Position numbers and translations under genes: made by a program. Below, piece after piece: positions 29,534 through 39,116 of a stretch of 64,000 bases of DNA. The stretch is from Candidatus Latescibacterota bacterium (lineage in GTDB: Bacteria > Latescibacterota > UBA2968 > GCA-2709665). The notes under the pieces were generated by a model. That model saw only the letters and a list, made by a program, of their open reading frames with translations, did not search any database and was not told the origin of the DNA. The number at the start of each line of letters is the position of its first letter. Position 1 is the stretch's first letter. Where the stretch lies: contig OZ242180.1 in NCBI GenBank assembly GCA_965205485.1, forward strand, positions 3,360,001 through 3,424,000, written 5' to 3'.

Positions 29534-30586
29534 ATGCTAAATGAATCCCAGATCAGAGAACTGGTGGCCGACAGCGGGGCACGCGTCAACGAAGGGCGTC
29601 CGATCAAGCAGATTATCGCCGATGGTGATCTTCCGCGACTCGATGGCTGCACCATCCTGGAGGGGAAGGTATCGGACTCGGTGTTTGGCGAGAACCTCGC
29701 GACCAACGAAGGCCAGCCGATCCGGCTGATGTTCCGGAACAACCGGATATCGACGCACGATGTGAATCGCGGGGCCATCCCGTTCAAAGATCAGGTGCTG
29801 GCTGCCAATCATGACCACATGTTGCGTCTGGTGGAACACGTATTGGGCAGTTCTCAGTTCAAGGTGCCTGGTCTTCAGGCCAGTTCGACGGTGATTCCGT
29901 CAGAGAATCTGAAGCTGATCATGGTGGAGAACGTCCTTCGGATGTATAACGCCGAGAGTAGCACCTCGACGTCCCTCTTTCAACACTGGCTGCAGGCCAG
30001 GGAGGCGGGTGAGGCGACGCTCGACTATGCGGGCCATCAGATCGACGTGGATCAGTTGTCCGCCAATGGCGTGCTGCCATACCTGATGGATACGCCGAGC
30101 ACCAAGGACAAGGTGGATCGTACGATCGATCCACAGTATCTCTTTGACAACAATGTCTGCACGCCCGGCCAATACAACGAGCTCCGCAACGCATCCATCA
30201 TGGCTTTCGGGATGGTCTCCCAGTATCTCGCCGAGCGCGGAATGATCCTCGTGGACACGAAGACGGAACACGGGGTCAACACAGAAGGTCGGATCGTGGC
30301 GGCAGACGAATTGTACACGATGGACTCAAGCCGCTTCTGGCGTATGGACGGCGGCGGACAGCCGCTGACGCGGAATGGCAAACCGGTTTCGTTTTCGAAA
30401 GAATTCGCGCGAGGAATGGTTACGGAGAAGGACCAGCAGTTCACGGAAGAGCAGGCGGGAGAAATCGCTGTCCGCTACATTCAGGGTCTGCAGCATCTAA
30501 CGAGCGAGGCATTCGAGCCGGATCTGCGGCCTCGCGATCAACGCATCGTTGAATCGACCAATCTCATTCTGGACCATCTGCTATAG
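29534..30586 (+). CDS. purC: phosphoribosylaminoimidazole-succinocarboxamide synthase
   Basis: GKVSD, RISTHD...IPFK, TPSTK, GMILVDTKTEHG, DELYTMDSSRFW, SKEF. Confidence 0.85.
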   Translation: MLNESQIRELVADSGARVNEGRPIKQIIADGDLPRLDGCTILEGKVSDSVFGENLATNEGQPIRLMFRNNRISTHDVNRGAIPFKDQVLAANHDHMLRLVEHVLGSSQFKVPGLQASSTVIPSENLKLIMVENVLRMYNAESSTSTSLFQHWLQAREAGEATLDYAGHQIDVDQLSANGVLPYLMDTPSTKDKVDRTIDPQYLFDNNVCTPGQYNELRNASIMAFGMVSQYLAERGMILVDTKTEHGVNTEGRIVAADELYTMDSSRFWRMDGGGQPLTRNGKPVSFSKEFARGMVTEKDQQFTEEQAGEIAVRYIQGLQHLTSEAFEPDLRPRDQRIVESTNLILDHLL

Positions 30587-30813
30587 ACCGAAACGGGCGC
30601 AGGTCGACACTGCCCTTCTCCTCGACCTTCCGGGTGATGGCGTGCCGGAAGGGGTAAGGCCGGTGAAGGTGGCGTGGGTTGGACCTCATCGAGGAGGTGA
30701 AACGAACGGGGCTTACGTCGTGCGACGTAAGCCCCGCTGCGTTATACGGAGCAGAAACAGCCCGGACGTTCTGCGGAACGCAAGTCAGACCTTTCGGAGA
30801 TACGAGTGTCAAT

Positions 30814-32949
30814 ATGGGAACGAAGATAGGGCTGATCCTCCTCTCCCTCGCCGTCGGCGCCGCGGCGGCGGAGGAGGGCCTCGTGGCGCACTACATGTTC
30901 GATGAGGGGGCCGGCTCCGTGGCCGGCGATGCCTCGGGCCACGGCCTCCAGGGCGCCATTCACGGGGCCGAGTACGTGGAACTGGATCAGGGCTACGCCC
31001 TCCGCTTCGACGGGGTGGATGACTACGTGGAGATCCCGGACTCGGAGATGCTGAGACTCTCCGATGCGGTCACGGTGACCTGCTGGGTGAACACGTCCGT
31101 CAGATCCGGGCAGACCGTACTGTCGAAGAACGGCTGCAGCACGCTGCGCCAGAACTACCGGCTCAGCCTCGGCCAGAACGCGGTCCGGTTCTCCCTGGTG
31201 GAGTGTCCCGAGCACGGCAAGAGCGCCGCCGGCGGAGGCGTCCGGCAGGACAGCTGGTTTCACCTGGCCGGCAGGTACGACGGCGACGGGATCAGGGTTT
31301 ACGTGAACGGCGGCCTGAGAGGGCGGTACGGTGAGCCCTTCGCGACCGGCACCCTGGAGGCGCCGATGTACATCGGCGCCAGCTTCTACGGCTCCGGCCT
31401 GGGCGGCCACTTCACGGGTCAGATCGACGACGTCCGGGTGTACAACCGCGCCCTGTCAGACCGGGAGATCGTCACTCAATACGAGGCGGAAAAGGACCTG
31501 AGGATATCGATGCGGGATCGCCTGATGGCGCAGACCACGCCGGTGGTGGAGAGGGACACCAGGCCGCCGGCGCTCGTGCTCCCCAGCCCCGCGCCGGACA
31601 CGAGGGTCGACGGTTCGCCGGTCATCTCGGCTGTCTTCGATGACGAGGGCTCGGGCATCGACGTCGCCTCCGTGCGGGTCCTGCTGGACGGCGAGGACGT
31701 CACCGCCGGCGCCGCCGTAGCGGAGGGCGGATTCACCTTCTCGGAGACCGGAGCCCTGGAGGACGGCATCCACCAGGTGGAGGTGGTCGTCAACGACCGC
31801 GCCGGCAACGCCGGCAATCGACTGCGCTGGCGCTTCGGCGTCAACGAGCCGGTTTCATTGGAGTCGCGTTTCGACGGGGACGTGTTTCGCGTCAACGGCG
31901 AGCCCTTTTTTCCGGTGGGAATCTACTCGTCGAACGTCTCACCCACGAGCAGGATGCCCTATATCGCCCAGGCGGCCGAGGCCGGGATCAACTACAAGCT
32001 GATCGGCGAAGGCGCCGGGGAGATGCTGGACGATCTGCTGGATCTCGGGATGAAGGGGCTGGTGCACGTGTACTACGCCTCGCTGGCCCTGGGCAGAGGC
32101 GAGCCCGGGCAACTCACGGAGGTGGTGCAGCAGGCGAAGGACCACCCGGCCATGCTGGGGTGGTGGAACGAGTACGCCAGCGACAACCAGTCTCCCCTGG
32201 CGACCGAGACCTACGAGCTCATCCGGCAGCACGACACGGACCACCCGGTCATCTTCATGCTCACATGGGGTGGGAGACTCAGCGACGCTTACTTCGTTTA
32301 CGGCTACCCAATTCTGAACCCGCTGCTGCCCGACGACTCGATCACCTCGATCTACGAGCTGGTCCTCGACGATGCCTTCGAGGCTGCGCGGGTGGAGGGC
32401 AAGGGCAAGCATGTTTGGTTCATCTCCCAGGCCTTCGACTATCGTCTCGACAGCAAGCGCGGCGAGGTCGTAACCCTCGAAGGGGGTTTCCGGCCCAGTC
32501 GCGAGGAGATTCGGTCCATGAACTACCTCGCCCTGACGAGGGGTGTCAAAGGGCTGCTGTTCTACGCGCCCGGGGGCGAGATTCCCGGCACGGAGTACAC
32601 CGACGACGTGGCCATCTATCCGCGGCAATGGACCGAGGTGCTCAAGGTCGCCAGCGAGGTGCGACATCTGGCCCCCATACTGGCGGCGGGCACCCAGGTA
32701 CAAGGCGTGCGGCTCGAGCAGGAGGGCGACGCCATTCACTTCATCGAGCGGCTGCACGACGGCGTCCACACCCTGATCGCCGTCAACGTGGAACCGGCCC
32801 TGGTCCTGGGCACGTGGCGGTTCGACGGACCAGTTCAGCCCAGGGTGCTGTTCGAGGATCGCATGGCGCAGAGCGAGTCCCGTGAGTTCATCGATCTGTT
32901 CCTGCCGCTGGAGGTCCACGTGTACCAGTGGGCGGACGCGGGAGACTGA
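30814..32949 (+). CDS. secreted LamG/Ig-like domain protein with glycoside-hydrolase-like C-terminus
   Basis: Signal peptide; GLVAHYMFDEG, FDGVDDYV, FTGQIDDVRVYNRALS; NGEPFFPVGIY. Confidence 0.82.
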   Translation: MGTKIGLILLSLAVGAAAAEEGLVAHYMFDEGAGSVAGDASGHGLQGAIHGAEYVELDQGYALRFDGVDDYVEIPDSEMLRLSDAVTVTCWVNTSVRSGQTVLSKNGCSTLRQNYRLSLGQNAVRFSLVECPEHGKSAAGGGVRQDSWFHLAGRYDGDGIRVYVNGGLRGRYGEPFATGTLEAPMYIGASFYGSGLGGHFTGQIDDVRVYNRALSDREIVTQYEAEKDLRISMRDRLMAQTTPVVERDTRPPALVLPSPAPDTRVDGSPVISAVFDDEGSGIDVASVRVLLDGEDVTAGAAVAEGGFTFSETGALEDGIHQVEVVVNDRAGNAGNRLRWRFGVNEPVSLESRFDGDVFRVNGEPFFPVGIYSSNVSPTSRMPYIAQAAEAGINYKLIGEGAGEMLDDLLDLGMKGLVHVYYASLALGRGEPGQLTEVVQQAKDHPAMLGWWNEYASDNQSPLATETYELIRQHDTDHPVIFMLTWGGRLSDAYFVYGYPILNPLLPDDSITSIYELVLDDAFEAARVEGKGKHVWFISQAFDYRLDSKRGEVVTLEGGFRPSREEIRSMNYLALTRGVKGLLFYAPGGEIPGTEYTDDVAIYPRQWTEVLKVASEVRHLAPILAAGTQVQGVRLEQEGDAIHFIERLHDGVHTLIAVNVEPALVLGTWRFDGPVQPRVLFEDRMAQSESREFIDLFLPLEVHVYQWADAGD

Positions 32950-32966
32950 ACCAGGCAGAGATTTGA

Positions 32967-33136
32967 CCTTGATTCGTCACTTTTCCGGGACGTTTATTCG
33001 AATATACGCAAGTTGATAAAGGCGATTTAACGTCGGATTTCCAAGATACTTCAGGTCACTGGACGTGAACGGAAGAAATGTGCTTCCGGACGACCTTTTC
33101 GGTCCGTTGAGGAAATAACTGCAGGGTCACCGCGTT
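32967..33136 (+). mobile_element. MITE-like element, copy 5 (divergent, right end missing)
   Basis: CCTTGATTCG start and core CAGGTCACTGGACGTG; similarity ends at CCGCGTT. Confidence 0.75.
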
Positions 33137-33166
33137 ACGACACACGCGGCTCTGCACGGATGCTTT

Positions 33167-33469
33167 TTGTGCCTTTCGTGCTTTTTGTGGCCAGGACATG
33201 ATGGCGGCACCGCATTCATCAGCCTGATTAACGTATTGTGTGAGCACCAGAGAAAGGATGTTGGAAAGGCTATGTTGGCGTTCGTAGAAGGTGATCTGCG
33301 GCGCCGAGGCCACAGGATCCTGTTGAGTTCGTGCGTTGTAGATGAATACGAGCCGCAGACATGGCATAGACACATGGGTTTTTCCGAGTGCGGGTTTCTG
33401 GCAGGTTTCCCGTTTGAGGACGACCGGGGGGAGCTCTTCCTGTTCAAAGAGTTAGCCCCAATACGATAA
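33167..33469 (+). pseudogene. GNAT acetyltransferase C-terminal fragment
   Basis: FISLINV...QRKDVGKAML...WHRHMGF; N-terminus lost next to MITE copy 5. Confidence 0.65.
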
Positions 33470-33530
33470 AGACGGCAACCGGGCGTCGTGATAAAACCTC
33501 CCGAAACAGGGCGTAAACGTCGGAGGACAG

Positions 33531-34103
33531 ATGGGACCCGAAGGTATGGAGCTGCGACCGTTCAAGACCCTCTCCCGTCGCACTATCATAGAGAAGGGTC
33601 CGTACCTGACCGTTGAGAGTCATACAGTGGAATGGCCGGATGGGCAGGTCATCTCTGACTGGCCATGGATTGTTGGTCCCGACGCTGCGATTGTCCTCGC
33701 CACGACTTGCGATGGCAAGTTCCTCTGTTTTCGACAGACGAAGTATGCAGTGGAGGGAACATCCCTGGCTCCAGTAGGAGGAATGATCGAACCTGGTGAG
33801 GATCCTCTAGACGCCGCTAAGCGTGAACTACTGGAGGAGACCGGATTTCAATCGCCCGAATGGATTGATCTCGGCAGCTACAAGGTCGATCCCAATCGAG
33901 GCGTTGGTATTCGGTACCTATTTCTGGCCCGTGATGCTGTACCGGTAGCGGAACCTTCGAACGATGATATTGAGGACCAACAGCTATTGCATCTTGCTCG
34001 GGAGGAGCTAGAGGATGCGCTCAGGACCGGGGAGTTCAAAGTCCTGTCGTGGGCTGCGGCAGTTTCATTGGCGCTGCAGTTCTTAGTTCACACGGGTAAA
34101 TAA
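33531..34103 (+). CDS. NUDIX hydrolase
   Basis: Nudix box GMIEPGEDPLDAAKRELLEETG. Confidence 0.93.
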   Translation: MGPEGMELRPFKTLSRRTIIEKGPYLTVESHTVEWPDGQVISDWPWIVGPDAAIVLATTCDGKFLCFRQTKYAVEGTSLAPVGGMIEPGEDPLDAAKRELLEETGFQSPEWIDLGSYKVDPNRGVGIRYLFLARDAVPVAEPSNDDIEDQQLLHLAREELEDALRTGEFKVLSWAAAVSLALQFLVHTGK

Positions 34104-34349
34104 GACTGAAAAACAAGAACGGGAAGACCCTATATAAGGTGCCCCTTATGCCCCTGCACCTCCGAAAACCTGTGCAGACGCATAACAGGTCCGCGTGCGC
34201 GCCGGTCGCGTTCGCTCCATCGGCCTCCGGCAACACGCCTGGGTGTCAGCAATGACAATGTCGTGCAACGAGTCCAGAATATTCACTCTAAATCCAAAGC
34301 CCGAGATAATTATCAACTATTCGATTGACCGAAAACGAGGGAGGCGAGA

Positions 34350-34472
34350 ATGTTCGGCATGGTTCTTTGGGAAATCCAGCTTGTCCTCCTCTTGGGCATG
34401 ATGGGTTTCTGGCTGTGGATGCTCATTGAATGTGCAGTTAAGGAACCGACCATCATGCAGAGAGAGAGGTGA
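34350..34472 (+). pseudogene. 40-codon remnant of a PLDc N-terminal-like small membrane protein
   Basis: SD GGGAGG; MFGMVLWEIQLVLLLGMMGFWLWMLIECAVKEP; not in the ORF track. Confidence 0.45.
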
Positions 34473-34476
34473 CGCG

Positions 34477-35853
34477 ATGGTACCCTGGATCTTCGTGCAC
34501 AATCCCCTGGAGCGCTGGCTGGACGACTACCCGCGCATCTTCGACGCGTGGGAGGCGGGAGGGGTGGGCGGCATCGTGGTGGGACGGATGTGGCTCAGGA
34601 ACGAGGCCGGCATGCCGTTGTGGGGGGACACCCTCACCCCCTCGTTTGCGGCGGACCCAAAGGTGTACGCCGCGTTCGGCATCAAGCCGCCCCCGGAAAC
34701 GGCCCGCACCCCCGAGAGGGAGAAGCAGCTCCACGCGCTCCTCGACAACGCCGCCTCCCGGGGCTGGCACATCATGATCTTCGACTCCAGAGACGGGCTC
34801 CGGCTGCTCTACCAGCGGGGCCAGGGTACCACCAGCGGCCTAGCCGAGGAGGAGGACCCTTTTGGGGCCATCGAGGTGGCCGCCGGGGTGCACGACCTGG
34901 CCAGTGCCTATCCCCAGGCCCACGGCGTCATCCTGGACCAGCCCGGTGAGACCTTCTACGAACTTGCCTTCCATCGGGGTCAGGCCCTACTGGAATTGGA
35001 CGGTCGCATGCGGCACCGCCTGGAAGCCATCGGCGCCGATGTGGAGCGCGTCGCCCGCGGCATGGCGCACCTGAACGAGCGTTTCCACAACCTGACTCCG
35101 GATCTGGTGCGCTACCACGCGTCCGGCGGCATGCTGGGGGCACTGAACCTGTTCGACCTGAACGAGGATGCCCTGTACTGGCTGCGCGCCCGCCGCGAAG
35201 CGGCGCGGGGGTTCATGCGCGCCGTGCATACGCAGATGCAGAGATTGGGAGGGAAGGTGGAGCTGGGGGGCATTCCGCGCACCGCTGCTTTCTCGTCACT
35301 GACCGGGCACGAATTTGGCGAGATGGCGGAGTACTTCGACTACGTCTGCCCCAAGCACTACTTCTGGCACCGCGGGAATGACGGCCTCTACGGCACCATG
35401 GCCCGCTGGGTGCAGCAGGTCCTGGACTGGAACCCGACCCTGTTGGAGGCAGACGGCTTCGCCGTGGTCAAGGCCTTCCTGGGGCTGGAGCTTCCCGGGG
35501 TGCAGACCCTGGCGGACATGGAACTGGGGTTCCCCGAGGAGTTCTACTCGGAGCTGGTGTACAACGAGACGCGCCGAGCGCTGGAGGCCATCGGGGATGT
35601 GAACAAGGTGATCGCCTGGGTGTCGACGGGGCGCCGTCCGCACGGGGGCGAGCCCATGACCGCCCGCGACCTGCACGGCATCCTGACCGCCTCCGAGCGG
35701 GCCGGCCTGCAGCGCTTCCTGTTCCAGCCGGACCCTGATCTGAGCGCCCCCGAATGGAGCGTGATCTCCGACCTGTGCGGCAAGCGCTGGCACCCGAGCC
35801 GCGACGGGTACTGGCCCTCGGACTCCAGCAGGCCCGACGCGTTCAGCAGGTAG
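34477..35853 (+). CDS. conserved hypothetical protein (paralog of 39117-40430)
   Basis: Strong GC3 bias; shares YELAFH, PKHYFWHRG, WVSTGRRPHGG with the paralog. Confidence 0.85.
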   Translation: MVPWIFVHNPLERWLDDYPRIFDAWEAGGVGGIVVGRMWLRNEAGMPLWGDTLTPSFAADPKVYAAFGIKPPPETARTPEREKQLHALLDNAASRGWHIMIFDSRDGLRLLYQRGQGTTSGLAEEEDPFGAIEVAAGVHDLASAYPQAHGVILDQPGETFYELAFHRGQALLELDGRMRHRLEAIGADVERVARGMAHLNERFHNLTPDLVRYHASGGMLGALNLFDLNEDALYWLRARREAARGFMRAVHTQMQRLGGKVELGGIPRTAAFSSLTGHEFGEMAEYFDYVCPKHYFWHRGNDGLYGTMARWVQQVLDWNPTLLEADGFAVVKAFLGLELPGVQTLADMELGFPEEFYSELVYNETRRALEAIGDVNKVIAWVSTGRRPHGGEPMTARDLHGILTASERAGLQRFLFQPDPDLSAPEWSVISDLCGKRWHPSRDGYWPSDSSRPDAFSR

Positions 35854-35945
35854 GCATGCGCCCGTTGCGGGAGTTATCTGCGGGTTCGTCGCTGCGGCGC
35901 CAGCTAAGTCGAGTCTCCATCAATAGAAAGTTTAGCGGCGTCACT

Positions 35946-36444
35946 TCAGTCGGCTGTTTTCCTGGCCGCGATCACGGCACACTTGCCAGGTTCGTTGTCT
36001 CGTATCAGATTGACCAATTTGAAACCCGCCTCCCTGAGCAAGACCGTGTTGGTGTCTGGGCTAAGTGTGATATCATAGTTCCATCGAGCACGATCAGCCT
36101 CGTCTGGCGACTTCGCGTCGAAAGCGATCAAGGCCTCGCTCTCCTTCTTTTGAGGTTGTTTGATCGCCCTCGATATAGGATCCATGTGGCTTCAAGGCAT
36201 TGAATATCTTAATCAATGACCTTGTTTTCCGGCGGCAGGTGATGTGTGGTGAGACTCGAATCGCGTAGTCGTATTCATCTTTTCCAAACGGAACATCAAG
36301 GTAGTTATTCACCCATTGCGCCGGAAGGCCCGATCCGCCGCGACCCCTTGGCAACGGACGCCACAGGCCCTGATCCCCGGCCGGCGTTTCCTTGCCGATT
36401 TGTTCCCATCGAGCTTCTACTTGACTCCTCCGATCTTCCTCGGA
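35946..36444 (-). pseudogene. degraded methyltransferase remnant
   Basis: KIFNALKPHGSYIEGD and WNYDITLS..LLREAGF in different frames. Confidence 0.55.
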
Positions 36445-36479
36445 CATCTGGCCTCCTTCAAAGTTGAATGGCGTAGTAC

Positions 36480-37322
36480 GTGAAGAAGCGGATTCAGAGT
36501 ACCCGGGAAATAGATGCACTTTTGAATTACGAGATGGAAAACCCTCCGGAAAAAACCGTCATCTTTGCACATGCGCGAAGCGGAAGTACGACGCTCTACC
36601 GCATTTTGCAACTGCATCCCCTGATGAACGTCGCGCTGGAACCGTTCTGGCACGGATATGCAAAGGAAAACCCGGGTGAGAGGAACTACGTAGACTTCAT
36701 TGAGGACGTTCCGTCGCTTGAGAAAGCCCTTGACGATCTCTTCGCGAAGTACAACGGGATAAAGATCCTCAGCTACCAACTTCCAGAAAAGCTGTACACT
36801 CATCTGTTGCTTTCTCCAGACGTCACCGTCATCTTCCTGCAAAGGGCGAATCTGCTGCGAGCCGAAGTCTCGGGATGCATAGCCGAACAAACGAAAGTCT
36901 GGCAGATTTCGGACTTGAATGAGGAAACCGGGCACATCTACCGGAATCTGAAGCCAGTTTCCCTGAAGAAAATCGAAAACGGTCTCGAATACGCGAAAGA
37001 ACTCAGGGGATACTACAACAGTGTGATTGAACGGCGCGCAACCGGTACTTACATGAAGGTCGACTACGAAAATCTCTACACGGGGGACCTCGGGGCGAAT
37101 CGTGCTGCCGCCAGGGAGATCTTCGATTTCCTGGGACTCGAGCTACCCAGGTGTGATGAGCTGGACAACCACCTCGATCCTCGGACTTCAAAGATAAATA
37201 CTCCTGAATCCTACGCGTTGTTGCCCAATGCCATCGAGATAAATGAACGATTCGGCAACGATGGCACCGGCTGGCTGTTTGGTGACGACGATGTTGGAGC
37301 GCTCGTGGAGACCAGAGTTTGA
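36480..37322 (+). CDS. sulfotransferase-like (Stf0-like) protein
   Basis: PAPS loop AHARSGSTTL, VIFLQRANLL..VS, VDYENL. Confidence 0.78.
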   Translation: MKKRIQSTREIDALLNYEMENPPEKTVIFAHARSGSTTLYRILQLHPLMNVALEPFWHGYAKENPGERNYVDFIEDVPSLEKALDDLFAKYNGIKILSYQLPEKLYTHLLLSPDVTVIFLQRANLLRAEVSGCIAEQTKVWQISDLNEETGHIYRNLKPVSLKKIENGLEYAKELRGYYNSVIERRATGTYMKVDYENLYTGDLGANRAAAREIFDFLGLELPRCDELDNHLDPRTSKINTPESYALLPNAIEINERFGNDGTGWLFGDDDVGALVETRV

Positions 37323-37367
37323 TACCGCGGTGGTGGAAACGAGTCCCCACCACCCTGGCAGACAAAT

Positions 37368-37451
37368 CATATACCACGTCGGGCTGCGCCTTTGGGCCTT
37401 GTGGCCTTTCGCGCAACCGCAGTGCGGTTCGGGGGCACCTCGACGTTACAA
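37368..37451 (+). repeat. degenerate attC site (family A)
   Basis: CAACCGC..GCGGTTCGGG core shared with 46364-46437; R' GTTACAA at 37445. Confidence 0.62.
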
Positions 37452-37488
37452 GAGAAAGCGGGAAGGGGTTTGTGCAGGGGAACGTCGT

Positions 37489-37803
37489 CTACGGGATCGC
37501 GAGCGGTTGGATATCCGCAAGCTCGCCTTGATGTCGCTGCTCTGTTTCCCAAAGATCTCGTTTGTGTTGGGCCTTCATCCAAAATTCTGGAGAGTTTCCA
37601 AATAAGCGGGCAAGTTTCAATGCCATGATGGGTGAGATGGCGCGCCGCTCCCGCAGAAGCTCATTTACCGTTTGACGGGATACATCCAATGCCTCCGCCG
37701 CGGCAGTCACTGTTAGCGCATAATCCGGCAAGAAATCCTCACGCAGCATCTCACCAGGATGAGTTGGCGGGATGGTGCGTTCTTGTGTATTCGTGATGGC
37801 CAT
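37489..37803 (-). CDS. higA: HigA-family antitoxin (HTH)
   Basis: PTHPGEMLREDFL, A.ALDVSRQTVNEL, MALKLARLFGNSPEFWM..Q. Confidence 0.92.
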   Translation of the reverse strand: MAITNTQERTIPPTHPGEMLREDFLPDYALTVTAAAEALDVSRQTVNELLRERRAISPIMALKLARLFGNSPEFWMKAQHKRDLWETEQRHQGELADIQPLAIP

Positions 37804-37815
37804 GGAATGTTCCTT

Positions 37816-37836
37816 TCAATGATAGTCCGTGATTTC
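37816..37836 (-). pseudogene. higB: last six codons of a deleted HigB toxin
   Basis: Minus strand reads GAA ATC ACG GAC TAT CAT TGA = EITDYH*, the typical HigB C-terminus, 12 bp before higA. Confidence 0.7.
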
Positions 37837-37858
37837 CTGAAAAATCTCCAGCGAATAT

Positions 37859-38578
37859 ATGAGCAACCCCAAATCAAGAGACGACAGGCCAACCTGGGCA
37901 GGTCGAGTTCCAAGAGAAAAGATAGCCCGACTTTATGCAACTGATGCACAGGGCATAGTAGACGAAGAGCTTATCGAAGACGTGGGGATTGGACTCTTCG
38001 CTCGTATCGAAAGCATTTTCAAAGCACGAGAGGCCAGTGCCGGACGAGCAAGATGCCCATTGTGTGATCGCCAGATAGACCACGACGGTATGAAGGATAC
38101 GATTCTGAGATGCGAATCGTGCAACTGGGAACTCACCTGGGGCGAGTATCATAAAGCCAGACAAGGTAAGCATCTTGCTGCCGCCGGTCTCACGGTCTTT
38201 CTCCAGGAGTTCCTCCGGAAATACCAGACTGCGAGAACTCCAAAAGAGAAGATGGTTCTCATAGACACCTTGATTCACAGGTATCATTGGGAACTTGAGG
38301 GAGGACTGACTCGGCCTGGAGCAACAGATTTAATTGGAGGAAGGCAGCATGAAATTATAGATTTTCTCAACGACCTTTCATATGGCGAAAAGAGCAGCCC
38401 GGAAATCCTGGCCAACAGAGCGGCATGGATCCAGAAGGTCGAAAAAAGCCAACAGCATCGCAAAACAAAAAGAGAGGAACGGCAGAAAAAAAAGGAAGAG
38501 CGGGAGAGAAAGAGGAACTTGAAGAGAAAAGTCAGACAACAGATGTTGGCGCAGAGAGACAGATCGAGTGAGTCATGA
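37859..38578 (+). CDS. hypothetical protein with two CxxC motifs and basic tail (paralog of 26831-27454)
   Basis: CPLC, CESC; LIDTLIHRYH, LIGG...FLNDLSYG. Confidence 0.8.
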   Translation: MSNPKSRDDRPTWAGRVPREKIARLYATDAQGIVDEELIEDVGIGLFARIESIFKAREASAGRARCPLCDRQIDHDGMKDTILRCESCNWELTWGEYHKARQGKHLAAAGLTVFLQEFLRKYQTARTPKEKMVLIDTLIHRYHWELEGGLTRPGATDLIGGRQHEIIDFLNDLSYGEKSSPEILANRAAWIQKVEKSQQHRKTKREERQKKKEERERKRNLKRKVRQQMLAQRDRSSES

Positions 38579-38608
38579 TTTTCCATTTGGAAGGAATGTA
38601 CTGAAGAG

Positions 38609-39028
38609 GTGAGTGGCGTGAAAATCAGAGGATTCGCTTTCGTCGGCCACCCGGTAACGAGTCTCAAGCGTGCGCGTGAATTCTACGAGTCGGTTCTGCG
38701 CCTGCCTGAACCCGAAGTCATCGACCCTCCGCGCGGCCCCGATGGGGATGACGGATTCATTGAGTACGCCGTCGGCCCCCACGATACGCTCGCAGTCACC
38801 ACAACCTGGTTTCGTGGGGAACCGCCGGCCGTACTCAGCGCGGGACTCACGTTGGAAGTGGAGGATTTCGATGAGGCCGTCGCGCACATTGAAAGGTGTG
38901 GCGTATCGTTTGAACTGGGACCCTTCGTAGGCGCCCGCTGCAGCATAGCCGTCATCAAGGACCCGGACGGGAATCAGATCGGTATCCATAAGCTACGAGA
39001 GAAGTCTGATGTGTCTAAGCCGAGTTGA
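38609..39028 (+). CDS. VOC/glyoxalase family protein
   Basis: PVTSLKRAREFYE, LEVEDFD, DPDGNQIGIH. Confidence 0.88.
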   Translation: MSGVKIRGFAFVGHPVTSLKRAREFYESVLRLPEPEVIDPPRGPDGDDGFIEYAVGPHDTLAVTTTWFRGEPPAVLSAGLTLEVEDFDEAVAHIERCGVSFELGPFVGARCSIAVIKDPDGNQIGIHKLREKSDVSKPS

Positions 39029-39116
39029 TCAGTCCGAATGAGTTAGTGGCGGTTCGCCGCAAGGGTTGGCCGAAGCCCGGATGGGCTCTTTCAACGGGCC
39101 CCAAAGGAGGCAGAAA

